Positions 10,951-20,535 of a DNA stretch of 64,000 nucleotides are shown piece by piece. The notes under the pieces were generated by a model. The model ran no database searches. It saw only the letters and a list, made by a program, of their open reading frames with translations, and had not been told where the DNA came from. The first letter of the stretch is position 1; every line of letters begins with the position of its first letter. The position numbers were made by a program, and so were the translations under genes. Source of the DNA: a virus (taxonomy: Duplodnaviria; Caudoviricetes); IMG/VR virus record IMGVR_UViG_3300017909_004705; one strand, 5' to 3'.

Positions 10951-11503
10951 CATAGTACCAGGAAATGTAGACGGAACATATCCAAAAGCAGGACAGGACA
11001 ACAGCTCTCAAGGATTCAGAGATAACTTTACTGCAATCAAAAATAATTTCACGGAAGCAGTCACGGAAATTGTGGACCTGCAAACCAACAAGGCCAACAT
11101 GAATAAGGCCAGCAACTTTACTGATAACGAAATTACAAGAGCAAAATTCAAAGACACATCTCAAACTGTCTTCAACCATGGCAGTGTTTCTGGTGGAGCA
11201 ATAACTTTGAACCACGAAAACGGACACTATCAAACAGCAACAATAACCGCAGACACCACTTTTTCATTCATTAATTTTCCGCCTTCGGGTGCATTAGGGA
11301 GAATAATACTTGATTTGACTGTGTCACCTACGGCATCCACTATTACCTTTCCAAGTGCCACAATAAAGGCAGATAACGTACACGGCAGTGACGGAACATC
11401 AGATCAGATTTCGCCAGGACTTGGCAGAGTGCTTTATGAATTCATGTCACCAGATGGTGGCACAACTGTACTGATGCATCAACTAGGTAAACAATACGCC
11501 TAA
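10940..11503 (+). CDS. Virion structural protein (baseplate-associated, N-terminal coiled coil)
   Basis: AGQDNSSQGFRDNF motif followed by a heptad region; coupled to the Ig-domain gene. Confidence 0.55.
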   Translation: MASNIVPGNVDGTYPKAGQDNSSQGFRDNFTAIKNNFTEAVTEIVDLQTNKANMNKASNFTDNEITRAKFKDTSQTVFNHGSVSGGAITLNHENGHYQTATITADTTFSFINFPPSGALGRIILDLTVSPTASTITFPSATIKADNVHGSDGTSDQISPGLGRVLYEFMSPDGGTTVLMHQLGKQYA

Positions 11504-11518
11504 TAAAAAAGGAGTGTA

Positions 11519-11773
11519 ATGTATTTCCATCCATTACAAGAAGAAATAGGCAACCTCTCAGACGAGGAAATTTCAAAAAGAATTAAAGATCTTTCTAGAA
11601 AAGTCAACACCGCGAGAAGGTTTGGACGCAATCCTGACATGTTGGCACAACTAACGAATGCCCTGAACACTTACAGAAACGCAATCAGAGAAAGAAGGAT
11701 CGAGGAATGGCACAAGAATAATAAAAAATTGCGAGGAGAGCCAGACCTAGGTGACTTGGTCAACATCGATTAG
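11519..11773 (+). CDS. Hypothetical coiled-coil protein
   Basis: AAGGAG SD; helical heptads. Confidence 0.6.
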   Translation: MYFHPLQEEIGNLSDEEISKRIKDLSRKVNTARRFGRNPDMLAQLTNALNTYRNAIRERRIEEWHKNNKKLRGEPDLGDLVNID

Positions 11774-11784
11774 TAAATAGACTG

Positions 11785-12420
11785 ATGTCAAACACATTTA
11801 CCTGGAAGACAAAATTCAAATCTATTATCATAGTAGACGGAGAACTGTTCTCCAATGAGTACAAAATAAATGTTTCACTCACTCCACACACTGCAGATCT
11901 TAAAGAACAGACGCAATATTTTGACAGACTGAAAAATCTTTTTGAACAAGTTTTTGCAAATACAATTACCACCTGGCGAGATGAACCATTGTACTCTTTA
12001 TTGCAGACCGGCGCATCTAATAGATTTATTGAGTTACCAAAACCGCCTTACGATCAAATAATGGCGGCGGTGTGTTTCTGCAAGGCCAACAGCATACTTG
12101 ACAGTAAGATAGTGGTAAACAACATCCAATTGTCATCGTGGCAGGGTGATGGTATTACCTACACGGTTGACAAAGACAGCAAAGAGCTTATACTTTTAGA
12201 TAGACCCGATTGGTTTACGGAAAAGTTTAGTAAGTTCGATCCATGGTGGTTAAGGGCGGACACGGCAACATATGATCGAGAACTTGACAAAGGCATCTAC
12301 ACAGGACACTTTAGTTGGAACAATCAAAAGATTCCAGTTGACGAAAAGCATGAGTACCATGCTAAAATATTTGAATTCCAACCAAAGGTTTTAGATGGCG
12401 GCAAAAACAAGGACAAATGA
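11785..12420 (+). CDS. Hypothetical protein
   Basis: 211-aa ORF; TAAATA 5 nt upstream of the ATG. Confidence 0.6.
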   Translation: MSNTFTWKTKFKSIIIVDGELFSNEYKINVSLTPHTADLKEQTQYFDRLKNLFEQVFANTITTWRDEPLYSLLQTGASNRFIELPKPPYDQIMAAVCFCKANSILDSKIVVNNIQLSSWQGDGITYTVDKDSKELILLDRPDWFTEKFSKFDPWWLRADTATYDRELDKGIYTGHFSWNNQKIPVDEKHEYHAKIFEFQPKVLDGGKNKDK

Positions 12421-12916
12421 TTATGGTGATGTGATATTCTCGGAAGAGGATGCCATTGATTTACTTTACAACAATCCGAAATTCGACATATCAAAACTAT
12501 ATTTCAATGACATTGAAAAATACACTGACAGTTTGAAACAGTTAGGTATAGATTTGCCTGTAATCAACACAGCACCACAAAGATCCAACATTGTAGATTT
12601 TGACAAATCCAACTGTGACAAATGGCACATGCCAGAAAAGTATTACCAAATAAATGTTTTACAATGGCTGTTGGACAAATGTCAAAATGACAATGAAAAA
12701 CAAAGGGTACAATTGGAATATGACCTGTTTGAGAAGAAGAAATTTATAAGGGTACTACAGTTTTTGATCTACTTTGTGGACACCCTCAGGGCTAACAACG
12801 TAGTGTGGGGAGTGGGCAGAGGCTCAAGTGTTGCCAGTTTTTGTTTGTTCTTGATAGGAGTACACAAGATAAATCCTTTGTTGTACAATTTAGATATCAC
12901 TGAATTTTTGAGATGA
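12395..12916 (+). CDS. DNA polymerase III alpha (DnaE) palm-domain fragment lacking the catalytic PDxD motif
   Basis: RVQLEYDLF...VWGVGRGSSVAS...IGVHKINPLLYNL matches the DnaE GRGS region; the ORF stops before PDxD. Confidence 0.75.
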   Translation: MAAKTRTNDYGDVIFSEEDAIDLLYNNPKFDISKLYFNDIEKYTDSLKQLGIDLPVINTAPQRSNIVDFDKSNCDKWHMPEKYYQINVLQWLLDKCQNDNEKQRVQLEYDLFEKKKFIRVLQFLIYFVDTLRANNVVWGVGRGSSVASFCLFLIGVHKINPLLYNLDITEFLR

Positions 12917-12944
12917 TAAGTAATAGAAATAGGAGCATATTATT

Positions 12945-13325
12945 ATGGTAGCAAGAGCACCCAGAAAAAGAATGTACAGATCGATGCAGGGTAAAATGAT
13001 CGACATCGATAAACTTAGAGCGGCCAACGAAAACGTTCAAGCAGTTGGTAACATGAATGTAAACGCAAGAGGAGATGTGTTAGGCGCCGGAGGAAAGGTT
13101 GTGACAAAGAAAGAAACAGTCATTCAGAAGTACTACGAACAACCAAAAGGCATGGTAAGCGACACTCCACGTCCAAAGGCAATGCCAGCACCAAGTAAAG
13201 AACCACCTAAGCCAATTGCAAAGCCCATGGAGAACAAGGCAACAATTAAAAAGTCGGCACCTAAACCCAAGGCGCAACCAAAGGCCAAAAAAGGTATTGA
13301 CGCCGCACTTGACGGCATAGAATAA
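12945..13325 (+). CDS. Hypothetical protein with Lys/Pro-rich tail
   Basis: AGGAG SD; GATAAGTA late-promoter variant upstream. Confidence 0.6.
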   Translation: MVARAPRKRMYRSMQGKMIDIDKLRAANENVQAVGNMNVNARGDVLGAGGKVVTKKETVIQKYYEQPKGMVSDTPRPKAMPAPSKEPPKPIAKPMENKATIKKSAPKPKAQPKAKKGIDAALDGIE

Positions 13326-13337
13326 ATCTGCTAAACT
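13309..13337 (+). promoter_or_regulatory. sigma70-like promoter of groES
   Basis: TTGACG-N17-TAAACT with extended TG. Confidence 0.55.
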
Positions 13338-13346
13338 AATCCTATA

Positions 13347-13790
13347 ATGGGACATATAGAAGATCTACAGGCAAAGGGTTTTGGCTCACACGGCGGTAAG
13401 CAATATACTGTTGAGAATGATATCAAACCTCTGAAGAAGAGAGTGTTAGTTTCTGACATGCAATTTGGTGCCACAAAGTCAAAAGGTGGTATCATCCTTT
13501 TAGATGATGATGGGACAGAAGCCGGTATACACCCACGTTGGGCTAAAGTCTACGCAGTTGGTGATCAGCAGGATGATGTTAGAATAGGACAGTGGTTGTT
13601 GGTAGCACACGGCAGATGGTCGAGAGCCTTTAAAGTGAAAAAAGACGGTGAGGAGTTAGAAGTGAGAATGATAGACGAGAACGACATACTGCTTGTTTCT
13701 GACGAGGAACCTGACTTCAACAACAGGCAGGCCGGATATATCAACACAGGTGGTATGCAACAGATGACATCACTTCCTGGCAATGACTAA
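13347..13790 (+). CDS. groES: Co-chaperonin GroES-like protein
   Basis: IKPLKKRVLV, TKSKGGIIL, VYAVG and MIDENDIL motifs. Confidence 0.8.
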   Translation: MGHIEDLQAKGFGSHGGKQYTVENDIKPLKKRVLVSDMQFGATKSKGGIILLDDDGTEAGIHPRWAKVYAVGDQQDDVRIGQWLLVAHGRWSRAFKVKKDGEELEVRMIDENDILLVSDEEPDFNNRQAGYINTGGMQQMTSLPGND

Positions 13791-14538
13791 ACTTTACAAT
13801 AAAAAATTATCAGAAATCTTTACTACTCGTAGTAACACACCCCTGGGAGTGTTTCTTAAAGACAAGCATAAACAAAGTTTTGGTTGGCAGTACAACAAAA
13901 CAGAAAACCTTTCAAGTAAAATTTTCTACGCGATAGGATGTAGTTGGATACAAAGTAGGTTCCTACACAGAGTGTTTCTTAATTCACACTCCGACTATCT
14001 TATGATAAACAGAGCCGTGGGTGGTCAGGGCAATAGCATGATAATCGACACAGTCAAAAAGGACGTTGATTTTCTCAATGACCTGGGGAAAGAAACTATC
14101 TTCCTGGTGAGTTTCAGTGAGGTGGGTAGGAATCAAAAAGATTTCTCATATGCCAATCCATCTAGATTTTCTAACGCCCATGATTATTTTTCCGAGATAC
14201 TGAAAGCACAGTATTCCGAAATTGCAGGGGTACTGAAAAACGTCAACAGCCACATTACGACCAGTTGGGTGCCTAACAATTTTAATGATAACAAGACCAT
14301 ATTGGATTTCTGTGGTGATTCCATTAACGAAAGACCAAAAAGAGATGTATACCACTACAACAGTGGTTTGCATTATTACATGAGTGGCAGGAGACTGTTT
14401 GATCACTTCGATCATCTGTCCGCTATAGAGGAGACCGCCGCGGCGGTCAAGTGGGTGATCGGCCATGAACATGTTGACGAGACCATGCATGTCCAAAGTT
14501 ATGAACCTTACGAATCTTTCCTGGACGGGATACTATAG
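13783..14538 (+). CDS. SGNH/GDSL-like hydrolase or acyltransferase
   Basis: AIGCSW (block I), NRAVGGQGN (block II), C-terminal DETMH. Confidence 0.5.
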   Translation: MTKLYNKKLSEIFTTRSNTPLGVFLKDKHKQSFGWQYNKTENLSSKIFYAIGCSWIQSRFLHRVFLNSHSDYLMINRAVGGQGNSMIIDTVKKDVDFLNDLGKETIFLVSFSEVGRNQKDFSYANPSRFSNAHDYFSEILKAQYSEIAGVLKNVNSHITTSWVPNNFNDNKTILDFCGDSINERPKRDVYHYNSGLHYYMSGRRLFDHFDHLSAIEETAAAVKWVIGHEHVDETMHVQSYEPYESFLDGIL

Positions 14539-14559
14539 TGGTGCAGGATTTGTTACACA

Positions 14560-14943
14560 ATGAAAAAAATTAAACTAAAAAGAACACACGTCCCAATTGA
14601 TAGACTCGTAACAATGGCCGAACTAGGTCTAGGCAAAGCACGTCCTTTAAACAAAGAAAAAAGGACATGGATCAACAAACTGAAGAAACAGTCAGAACCG
14701 TTTGATCCTATACTTGTCACACCGATAAAAGACTCTGGTTATTATCTATTGACCGATGGATGGCATAGAGTACAAGCGGCTAAGGCCATGAAAGAAAAAG
14801 AAATAGAAGCCTTGCCATTACCAGCAGACATAGGAATGAGTATGGCCAAGGCAAATAAAATACTGCGGGATATTGATAGAGAGTATGGATTCAAACTAAA
14901 ATGCAGTGACATCATTGGCCAATGGGCTTTCTACAAGGATTGA
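14560..14943 (+). CDS. ParB/sulfiredoxin-like domain protein
   Basis: DPILV...YYLLTDGWHRVQAA motif. Confidence 0.75.
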   Translation: MKKIKLKRTHVPIDRLVTMAELGLGKARPLNKEKRTWINKLKKQSEPFDPILVTPIKDSGYYLLTDGWHRVQAAKAMKEKEIEALPLPADIGMSMAKANKILRDIDREYGFKLKCSDIIGQWAFYKD

Positions 14944-14967
14944 CATATTAAAAATAAATGCTACAAT
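14940..14967 (+). promoter_or_regulatory. sigma70-like promoter of uvsE
   Basis: TTGACA-N16-TACAAT with TGn; 5 nt to the ATG. Confidence 0.7.
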
Positions 14968-14972
14968 AAGGC

Positions 14973-16013
14973 ATGGTACAACGTTTTGGTTTTTGTTGCA
15001 AATGGCTTAACTCTGAATCTGAGTTTGGCGGAATGAAAGTGAATGCCAAGGACCGAGAGCTAAACGGCAGATCAACAACAATGCGTTGGTTAAGAGAACA
15101 CAAGGACGAGGCAATACAAAGGCAGTGGGACATCATGACACACAACACACTGGCCGCACGTAGGCTTGTCCAACGTGTTGGTTCTCTGCCACCCGAACGT
15201 AGAATGGTCAGACTAGGTAGCGAGATGCTACAGGGCTACACTGAAAAAGATTGGAAAACATGGTGGCAACAACCGGACCTACAAAAACATCTTGCCAATT
15301 TGTTTGCTCCCATAGGCGAAATGGCAAGGACATTAGATGTCAAGGTCAGTTTCCATCCAGGACAATTTTGTGTGCTGTCAAGTGCAACTCCCGAAATTAT
15401 TGAAAGAAGCATTGAAGAATTTGAGTATCATGCTGACATGGCAAGATGGATGGGATTTGGCAAGAGTTTCCAAGATGGTTGCAAGATCAATGTACACATC
15501 TCAGGTAAGCAAGGACCAGATGGCATACGTAAAGCATTACCGAGGTTATCGCAAGAAGCACGTAATCTAATCACAATCGAAAATGACGAGATGGGTTGGG
15601 GACTAGACGCTAGTCTTGAACTAGAAAAAGATCTTGCATTGGTGCTAGACATACATCACCACTGGATCAGAGATGAAGAGTACATTGATGCTAACGATGA
15701 TCGTGTAAAAAGAGTTATAGACAGTTGGCGTGGTCAAAGACCTTCTATGCACTACTCATATTCAAGAGATGAACACTTGGCAGTTGCAGGATTAGGAGAT
15801 AAGACCCACACAGAGATGCACAACATCAAAGACCTACTGGCAAGAGGTTGTAAGAAACAGAAACTACGGGCACATTCTGATCTGTTACCAAACAGAAAAG
15901 TCAACGATTGGGCACTATCATTCTCAGAAAACTTTGATATACAGGTGGAGGCCAAAGGTAAAAACATGGCCACTGAACAATTATATAGACAATACCTAGA
16001 AAATTCTATATAA
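14973..16013 (+). CDS. uvsE: UV damage endonuclease UvsE/UVDE
   Basis: GFCC, RLGS, SFHPGQF, IENDE, LDIHHH, AHSD and VEAKGK motifs. Confidence 0.9.
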   Translation: MVQRFGFCCKWLNSESEFGGMKVNAKDRELNGRSTTMRWLREHKDEAIQRQWDIMTHNTLAARRLVQRVGSLPPERRMVRLGSEMLQGYTEKDWKTWWQQPDLQKHLANLFAPIGEMARTLDVKVSFHPGQFCVLSSATPEIIERSIEEFEYHADMARWMGFGKSFQDGCKINVHISGKQGPDGIRKALPRLSQEARNLITIENDEMGWGLDASLELEKDLALVLDIHHHWIRDEEYIDANDDRVKRVIDSWRGQRPSMHYSYSRDEHLAVAGLGDKTHTEMHNIKDLLARGCKKQKLRAHSDLLPNRKVNDWALSFSENFDIQVEAKGKNMATEQLYRQYLENSI

Positions 16014-16037
16014 TCTAACAAACAATAAAGGATGTAA

Positions 16038-16256
16038 ATGACAGAAGATGTATTAGGATATAGTTCACATGATTGGCGTAAAAATACCGACGACGCAGTA
16101 ATTGTGGATGATAAAGGCGAAAAAATATTAAAAGTAAACTCAAGCAGAGTTATTTTTACAAATCCAAAAACATTAAGGGAAGAAACAGTTGACGTTTCAA
16201 GACTTGTTAGAGTTTTTGTTAATAATTTTGAAAGTAATAAAAGAAGCGTAAAATAA
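16038..16256 (+). CDS. Hypothetical protein
   Basis: AAGGA SD; 72 aa. Confidence 0.55.
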   Translation: MTEDVLGYSSHDWRKNTDDAVIVDDKGEKILKVNSSRVIFTNPKTLREETVDVSRLVRVFVNNFESNKRSVK

Positions 16257-16364
16257 ATGAAAAAATTTATTAGGTGGGTCGGTCTGATTCCATTATTACA
16301 TGCACCTGCGTATTTTCTTGCTATCATAGGTGTCATTCTGTTAATATTAACATTTGTATTATGA
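16257..16364 (+). CDS. Small single-pass membrane peptide (35 aa, MKKFIRWVGLIPLL...), not in the ORF track
   Basis: Starts right after the previous stop; its stop overlaps the clamp-loader ATG (ATGA); hydrophobic. Confidence 0.5.
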   Translation: MKKFIRWVGLIPLLHAPAYFLAIIGVILLILTFVL

Positions 16365-17287
16365 AAGAACTTTGGGTAGAAAAATATAGACCAAAAACAT
16401 TGAAAGAATATGTTGTCAGAGACGAAGCACAACGTAACCAAATCCAATCATGGATTGATGACAAAGCGATACCACATCTGTTATTGAGTGGTGCCCCTGG
16501 TGTAGGAAAGACCACACTTGCAAAAGTTTTATTTGCCGAACTGGATGTCAGCAGTTATGACATACTAGAAATAAATGCATCTCGAGAAAATTCAGTAGAC
16601 ACGGTTAGAGAAAAAATAAACAACTTTGTGCAAATTATGCCTTTTGGTTCATACAAATATGTGTTGCTAGATGAAGCAGATTACATGAGTCCAAATGGCC
16701 AAGCGGCACTGCGTGGGGTAATGGAGATGTATCACACGTCGGCAAGATTCATATTAACTTGTAACTATCCAAATAGAGTGATTCCGGCACTCCATTCAAG
16801 ATGTCAAGGGTTCCACATGGAAACAATAGATAAGACAGAGTTCACTGCCAGGGCATGTGAGATCCTGATACAAGAAGGAATAACACCAGACATAGAAATA
16901 CTTGACACATATGTTAAAGCATCATATCCAGATCTTAGGAAGTGCATCAACATGCTACAACAGAATGTGAGAGACAACAAACTGCAACCACCGGCTAGTG
17001 GTGACAGCGGACAACAGGACTACAGACTACAGATGGTGAACCTATTCAAGCAGGGCAAGATCCAAGAAGCAAGAAAACTTGTTTGTGCTCAGGCGAGACC
17101 TGAGGAATGTGAGGAAATATACAGATGGCTGTATGACAACTTGGATATAATTTCAAAAGATGAGGACAATCAAGACAAAGCAGTGCTGATAATAAAACAA
17201 GGATTGGTGGATCACTCTTTTGTTGCAGACCCAGAAATAAATCTAGCAAGTGTGATGATTAAGTTGGCGAGACTGGGAAATGGGTAG
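16361..17287 (+). CDS. gp44: Clamp loader AAA+ subunit (RFC small subunit / T4 gp44-like)
   Basis: WVEKYRP, GAPGVGKT, LDEAD and SRC motifs; start re-assigned to ATG 16361. Confidence 0.9.
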   Translation: MKELWVEKYRPKTLKEYVVRDEAQRNQIQSWIDDKAIPHLLLSGAPGVGKTTLAKVLFAELDVSSYDILEINASRENSVDTVREKINNFVQIMPFGSYKYVLLDEADYMSPNGQAALRGVMEMYHTSARFILTCNYPNRVIPALHSRCQGFHMETIDKTEFTARACEILIQEGITPDIEILDTYVKASYPDLRKCINMLQQNVRDNKLQPPASGDSGQQDYRLQMVNLFKQGKIQEARKLVCAQARPEECEEIYRWLYDNLDIISKDEDNQDKAVLIIKQGLVDHSFVADPEINLASVMIKLARLGNG

Positions 17288-17552
17288 CAAACATAATAAA
17301 AAAAGATTCTTGATTGTAAATTACAGTCTCAATGCTAAAGGTGGTTATGACGAGCTCGTTGAACTGTCTAAGAAGAAATGTGGGCCAGGTAAGTTGATCA
17401 AATCAGGTGTTGTTCTTGACCTAGTCAATAAAGAAGTCTTGAAGTGTGAGGTGCCAGGGCAACCTAACTTCGGTAACCTGATTCCTTTCGAAAGTCTATA
17501 CAAGCATTTCCATAAGGCGTATGGAAAAATGCTTGATCAGTTTATCAAATAA
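17280..17552 (+). CDS. Hypothetical protein
   Basis: Overlap-coupled to the clamp loader. Confidence 0.55.
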   Translation: MGSKHNKKRFLIVNYSLNAKGGYDELVELSKKKCGPGKLIKSGVVLDLVNKEVLKCEVPGQPNFGNLIPFESLYKHFHKAYGKMLDQFIK

Positions 17553-17772
17553 AAGCGTTATAACGTCTTCTAAGTATCGTTAATTGTTTTGCTTTCCATA
17601 TTTTCCTAAGCACTCTCCTCCTTCTCCTATCCTTTTGTTTCCTAATTTTAAGCCAATGCTGATTGAGAATGTACAATTTCACTCTCTTGTCGTAGACTCT
17701 CTGTTTCCTCATTAATTTCCATAGTTTTCTTTGGAATAAAGGCCGCATTTGTAGGCTGTTGTAAAATAGCAT
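17545..17772 (-). CDS. Highly basic small protein; the only convincing minus-strand gene
   Basis: Fills a + strand gap; minus-strand GAGGGA SD and minus-strand TAAATA at 17838-17843. Confidence 0.6.
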   Translation of the reverse strand: MLFYNSLQMRPLFQRKLWKLMRKQRVYDKRVKLYILNQHWLKIRKQKDRRRRRVLRKIWKAKQLTILRRRYNAFI

Positions 17773-17910
17773 ATGATCCCTCGTTGATTGTGTTAGATTG
17801 TGATTTGATGTGTCTGTGCGTACGACTCATGTAAAAATATTTACGATCAAATTACTAAATTAAGTATGCATATTTTACAACACAGATCTTTAAGATAAAT
17901 AAGAATTACT

Positions 17911-18390
17911 ATGCATGATGTTTTAGATATAATCAAAAATGTGCAGACTCTATACGGAGTTGGCCCTACACTAGGAATATTAAAGGATTTCGAAAGAGTG
18001 ATAGATGACCTAGATGTGTACGTGTTTGCAAATTGGGAAGACGGAGAATTACTCACTGGACCAGTAGATTCGAGACATTTTGTGACTTGCTCATTTATGT
18101 GGCCGATCGACAAGATGCCTGACCCTGCAGGCGGTAAGAGATTATTAGACAAAGGATGCAAGGTAACCTATAAAAAAGACGAATTATTAAAACCAAGGCA
18201 GATCAAATCTCCGGCGGACTATAGACCAGGAACAACAAAGGGTAAAATAGATGCCCATCCTATTTGGGTGGTAGAAATTAAAATGCCTAAACAATTGATA
18301 GGCAACATGAAACACGGAGAGGACCAAATAGACAGCACAGACGAAACAGACACATCTGCAGATTTGGGTAGTATAAATGACATTAGTTAA
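17911..18390 (+). CDS. Conserved-looking phage hypothetical protein
   Basis: 159 aa; TAAATA upstream. Confidence 0.6.
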   Translation: MHDVLDIIKNVQTLYGVGPTLGILKDFERVIDDLDVYVFANWEDGELLTGPVDSRHFVTCSFMWPIDKMPDPAGGKRLLDKGCKVTYKKDELLKPRQIKSPADYRPGTTKGKIDAHPIWVVEIKMPKQLIGNMKHGEDQIDSTDETDTSADLGSINDIS

Positions 18391-19120
18391 TGAAGGACTA
18401 AAGGCCGGTGACCTCGAAGGCGTAGTAGAAAAACGTTTTTCTGTGGATCAATTTAAATCCAAGATGGGCGACGATAAAAATATCCTTGTCCTTAGTTTTG
18501 TTGTCGACGGTCAAGCACCTGCAAGAGACCTTGAAAGATTTGCTGAAGTAGGATACAAAAGTGTGTTGGACGCAGATGCGACTCCAGGCACATTAGAAGA
18601 TGGAAAGCATAGGGTATTCATCGAGTTTGCTAGGACACCAGAGGTGGTTGGACAAATTATTGCATTCCTAGAGGATCTAAAGAAACTAACAAACATTGAC
18701 GAGTTCGAATACACCTATCATAAAAGTGAGAATCCATCGGTGGTATCGTTATCAACGCTTGGTGAAGCGATTCCAACCACACCAGAGGCATACGAACAAA
18801 GAGTGAACGAGATGGTGGTCGGCGAGGCAAAAGACTTCTTTGACAAGTATGACATGATGGAATGTAAAATATCTGAAAATATAATGACTGTAAGAAAAAC
18901 AGGAGCAGGACAGGATTTGAAATTCGAAATACATAAGTTTGGACCAACTAACGAAATAATGAAAGAAGCAAAAGCCTTTAAAATAGACATGGATTCAATT
19001 GCGGAATGCACACATTTAACAAAATACTTTGGTCCATACGGAATAACAAAAACAAACGAGAACCAATTTATATTCACAAAAGGTAACCAGTCCGCCTTAT
19101 TGAGTAAGAGAGACTGGTAA
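18377..19120 (+). CDS. Hypothetical protein (begins MTLVNE/G, possible cleavable leader)
   Basis: 247-aa ORF overlapping the previous gene. Confidence 0.6.
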   Translation: MTLVNEGLKAGDLEGVVEKRFSVDQFKSKMGDDKNILVLSFVVDGQAPARDLERFAEVGYKSVLDADATPGTLEDGKHRVFIEFARTPEVVGQIIAFLEDLKKLTNIDEFEYTYHKSENPSVVSLSTLGEAIPTTPEAYEQRVNEMVVGEAKDFFDKYDMMECKISENIMTVRKTGAGQDLKFEIHKFGPTNEIMKEAKAFKIDMDSIAECTHLTKYFGPYGITKTNENQFIFTKGNQSALLSKRDW

Positions 19121-19152
19121 AATAAAGTACGCACTTATTGATAAATAAGTGT

Positions 19153-19614
19153 ATGAGATTAAGCACAAACTTCACATTATCAGAATTCACAAAAAGTCAA
19201 ACAGCCACACGAAAAGGCCTAGACAATACTCCAGGACCAGAACATTTGGAAAGTGCAAAAGCACTGTTCGAAAATGTCGTGCAAAAGGTACGTGACAACT
19301 TTGGTGTCACTGTCATTAATTCCGGGTACAGAGGACCAGCACTGAACGAAGCAGTCGGTGGATCGAGTAGATCACAACACTGCAAAGGTGAAGCGGTAGA
19401 CATAGAATGTCCTGGCACTCCAAACTATGATGTGGCAAAATGGATATCTGAAAACTGTGACTTCGACCAATTGATATTGGAATTTTACACTCCTGGCATA
19501 CCTGACTCAGGTTGGGTACACGTTTCTTACAAATCAGAAGGCAATCGTAAGAGCATCTTGACTGCCATGAAGGAAAACGGCAAAACTGTTTACAAGCCTG
19601 GCCTCATTCAATAA
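19153..19614 (+). CDS. Endolysin, peptidase M15A family
   Basis: NFTLSEFTKS, SGYR, SQHCKGEAVD and WVHVS Zn-peptidase motifs. Confidence 0.85.
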   Translation: MRLSTNFTLSEFTKSQTATRKGLDNTPGPEHLESAKALFENVVQKVRDNFGVTVINSGYRGPALNEAVGGSSRSQHCKGEAVDIECPGTPNYDVAKWISENCDFDQLILEFYTPGIPDSGWVHVSYKSEGNRKSILTAMKENGKTVYKPGLIQ

Positions 19615-19625
19615 ATACATATATT

Positions 19626-20099
19626 ATGTTTTCAAGCATTAGAATGATATTCGCAGTTCTTCTGATCACAGGTATAGCCGGTGCAGGAATGTACGTGATG
19701 AAACTAAGGGCGGACAACGCCACTCTCAAGGCAAACCAGATCGAACTGGAAAGAGGCATAGAATCTCAGACCAAACTGTTGGAACAACAGAAGAAAGACT
19801 TCAATGCAATAATGGAAAGTAATAAGAAACTCAATGTTCTAGTGCAAACATTTAAGAAAGACCTAGACGAATTAGATAAAAGATTCAACAAGAAAAAAAG
19901 AGACGTAGGCAAACTTGCGATTGAAAGATCCAAATCAGTTGAACGTGTAATCAACAAAGGATCCGCAGAAGCGACAAGATGTGTTGAACTAGCCAGCGGT
20001 GCTGAAAGAACAGAACTAGAAATAAAAGCAACAAAAAAATCGGAGATAAACACGATGTGCCCAAGTTTGGCAAATCCTAATTTTGTACCTTATGAATAA
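19626..20099 (+). CDS. Putative inner-membrane spanin (Rz-like)
   Basis: N-terminal TM helix, long coiled coil, C-terminal Cys; follows the endolysin. Confidence 0.6.
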   Translation: MFSSIRMIFAVLLITGIAGAGMYVMKLRADNATLKANQIELERGIESQTKLLEQQKKDFNAIMESNKKLNVLVQTFKKDLDELDKRFNKKKRDVGKLAIERSKSVERVINKGSAEATRCVELASGAERTELEIKATKKSEINTMCPSLANPNFVPYE

Positions 20100-20145
20100 A
20101 ATTATAAATTGGCATAAAAACTGGTGTGAGAAATGGAGACAAGCC

Positions 20146-20535
20146 ATGAAGATGTCGCACTATGGAACATACTGGGTGAGTTTTTTCAAAGGAGTGATTT
20201 TGGTGCTCTTAGTATTAGCACTCACTGGTTGCTCAATAGGTGGAGAAAAGAAAATTAAAATATTCTCCATGGAAGAGCCCAGAGCAAAATTGAACCTACC
20301 AGATCCCATGCCACTGTCACTTGAGGACATACGTTGGATAATAATCACGTCAGCGAACGCAGAGGAAGTATTCAAGAAACTAGAAGAAGCGGGTATCGAT
20401 CCTGTGCTGTTCGGGTTGACTGACAAGGATTATGAATTACTAGCCAAAAACTTTGCCCAGATCAGGCAGAAATTACAAGAAACCAACAATCTACTAGAGG
20501 AATACAAGCGATACTACGAGACCGAAAGTGAGTAA
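20146..20535 (+). CDS. Putative outer-membrane lipoprotein spanin (Rz1-like)
   Basis: Lipobox LALTG-C; Pro-rich segment; GGAG SD before ATG 20146 (alternative start 20092). Confidence 0.6.
   Translation: MKMSHYGTYWVSFFKGVILVLLVLALTGCSIGGEKKIKIFSMEEPRAKLNLPDPMPLSLEDIRWIIITSANAEEVFKKLEEAGIDPVLFGLTDKDYELLAKNFAQIRQKLQETNNLLEEYKRYYETESE

Noticed and set aside
12916-12945. Programmed frameshift or readthrough extending the DnaE fragment
   Set aside because: There are tandem stops, no PDxD in the following frames, and the next gene has its own SD
16274-16360. ORF-track upstream starts (16274, 19138, 36005, 36459, 38955, 53914, 54129, 58915, 61829)
   Set aside because: Downstream starts fit promoter or SD positions and family N-termini better
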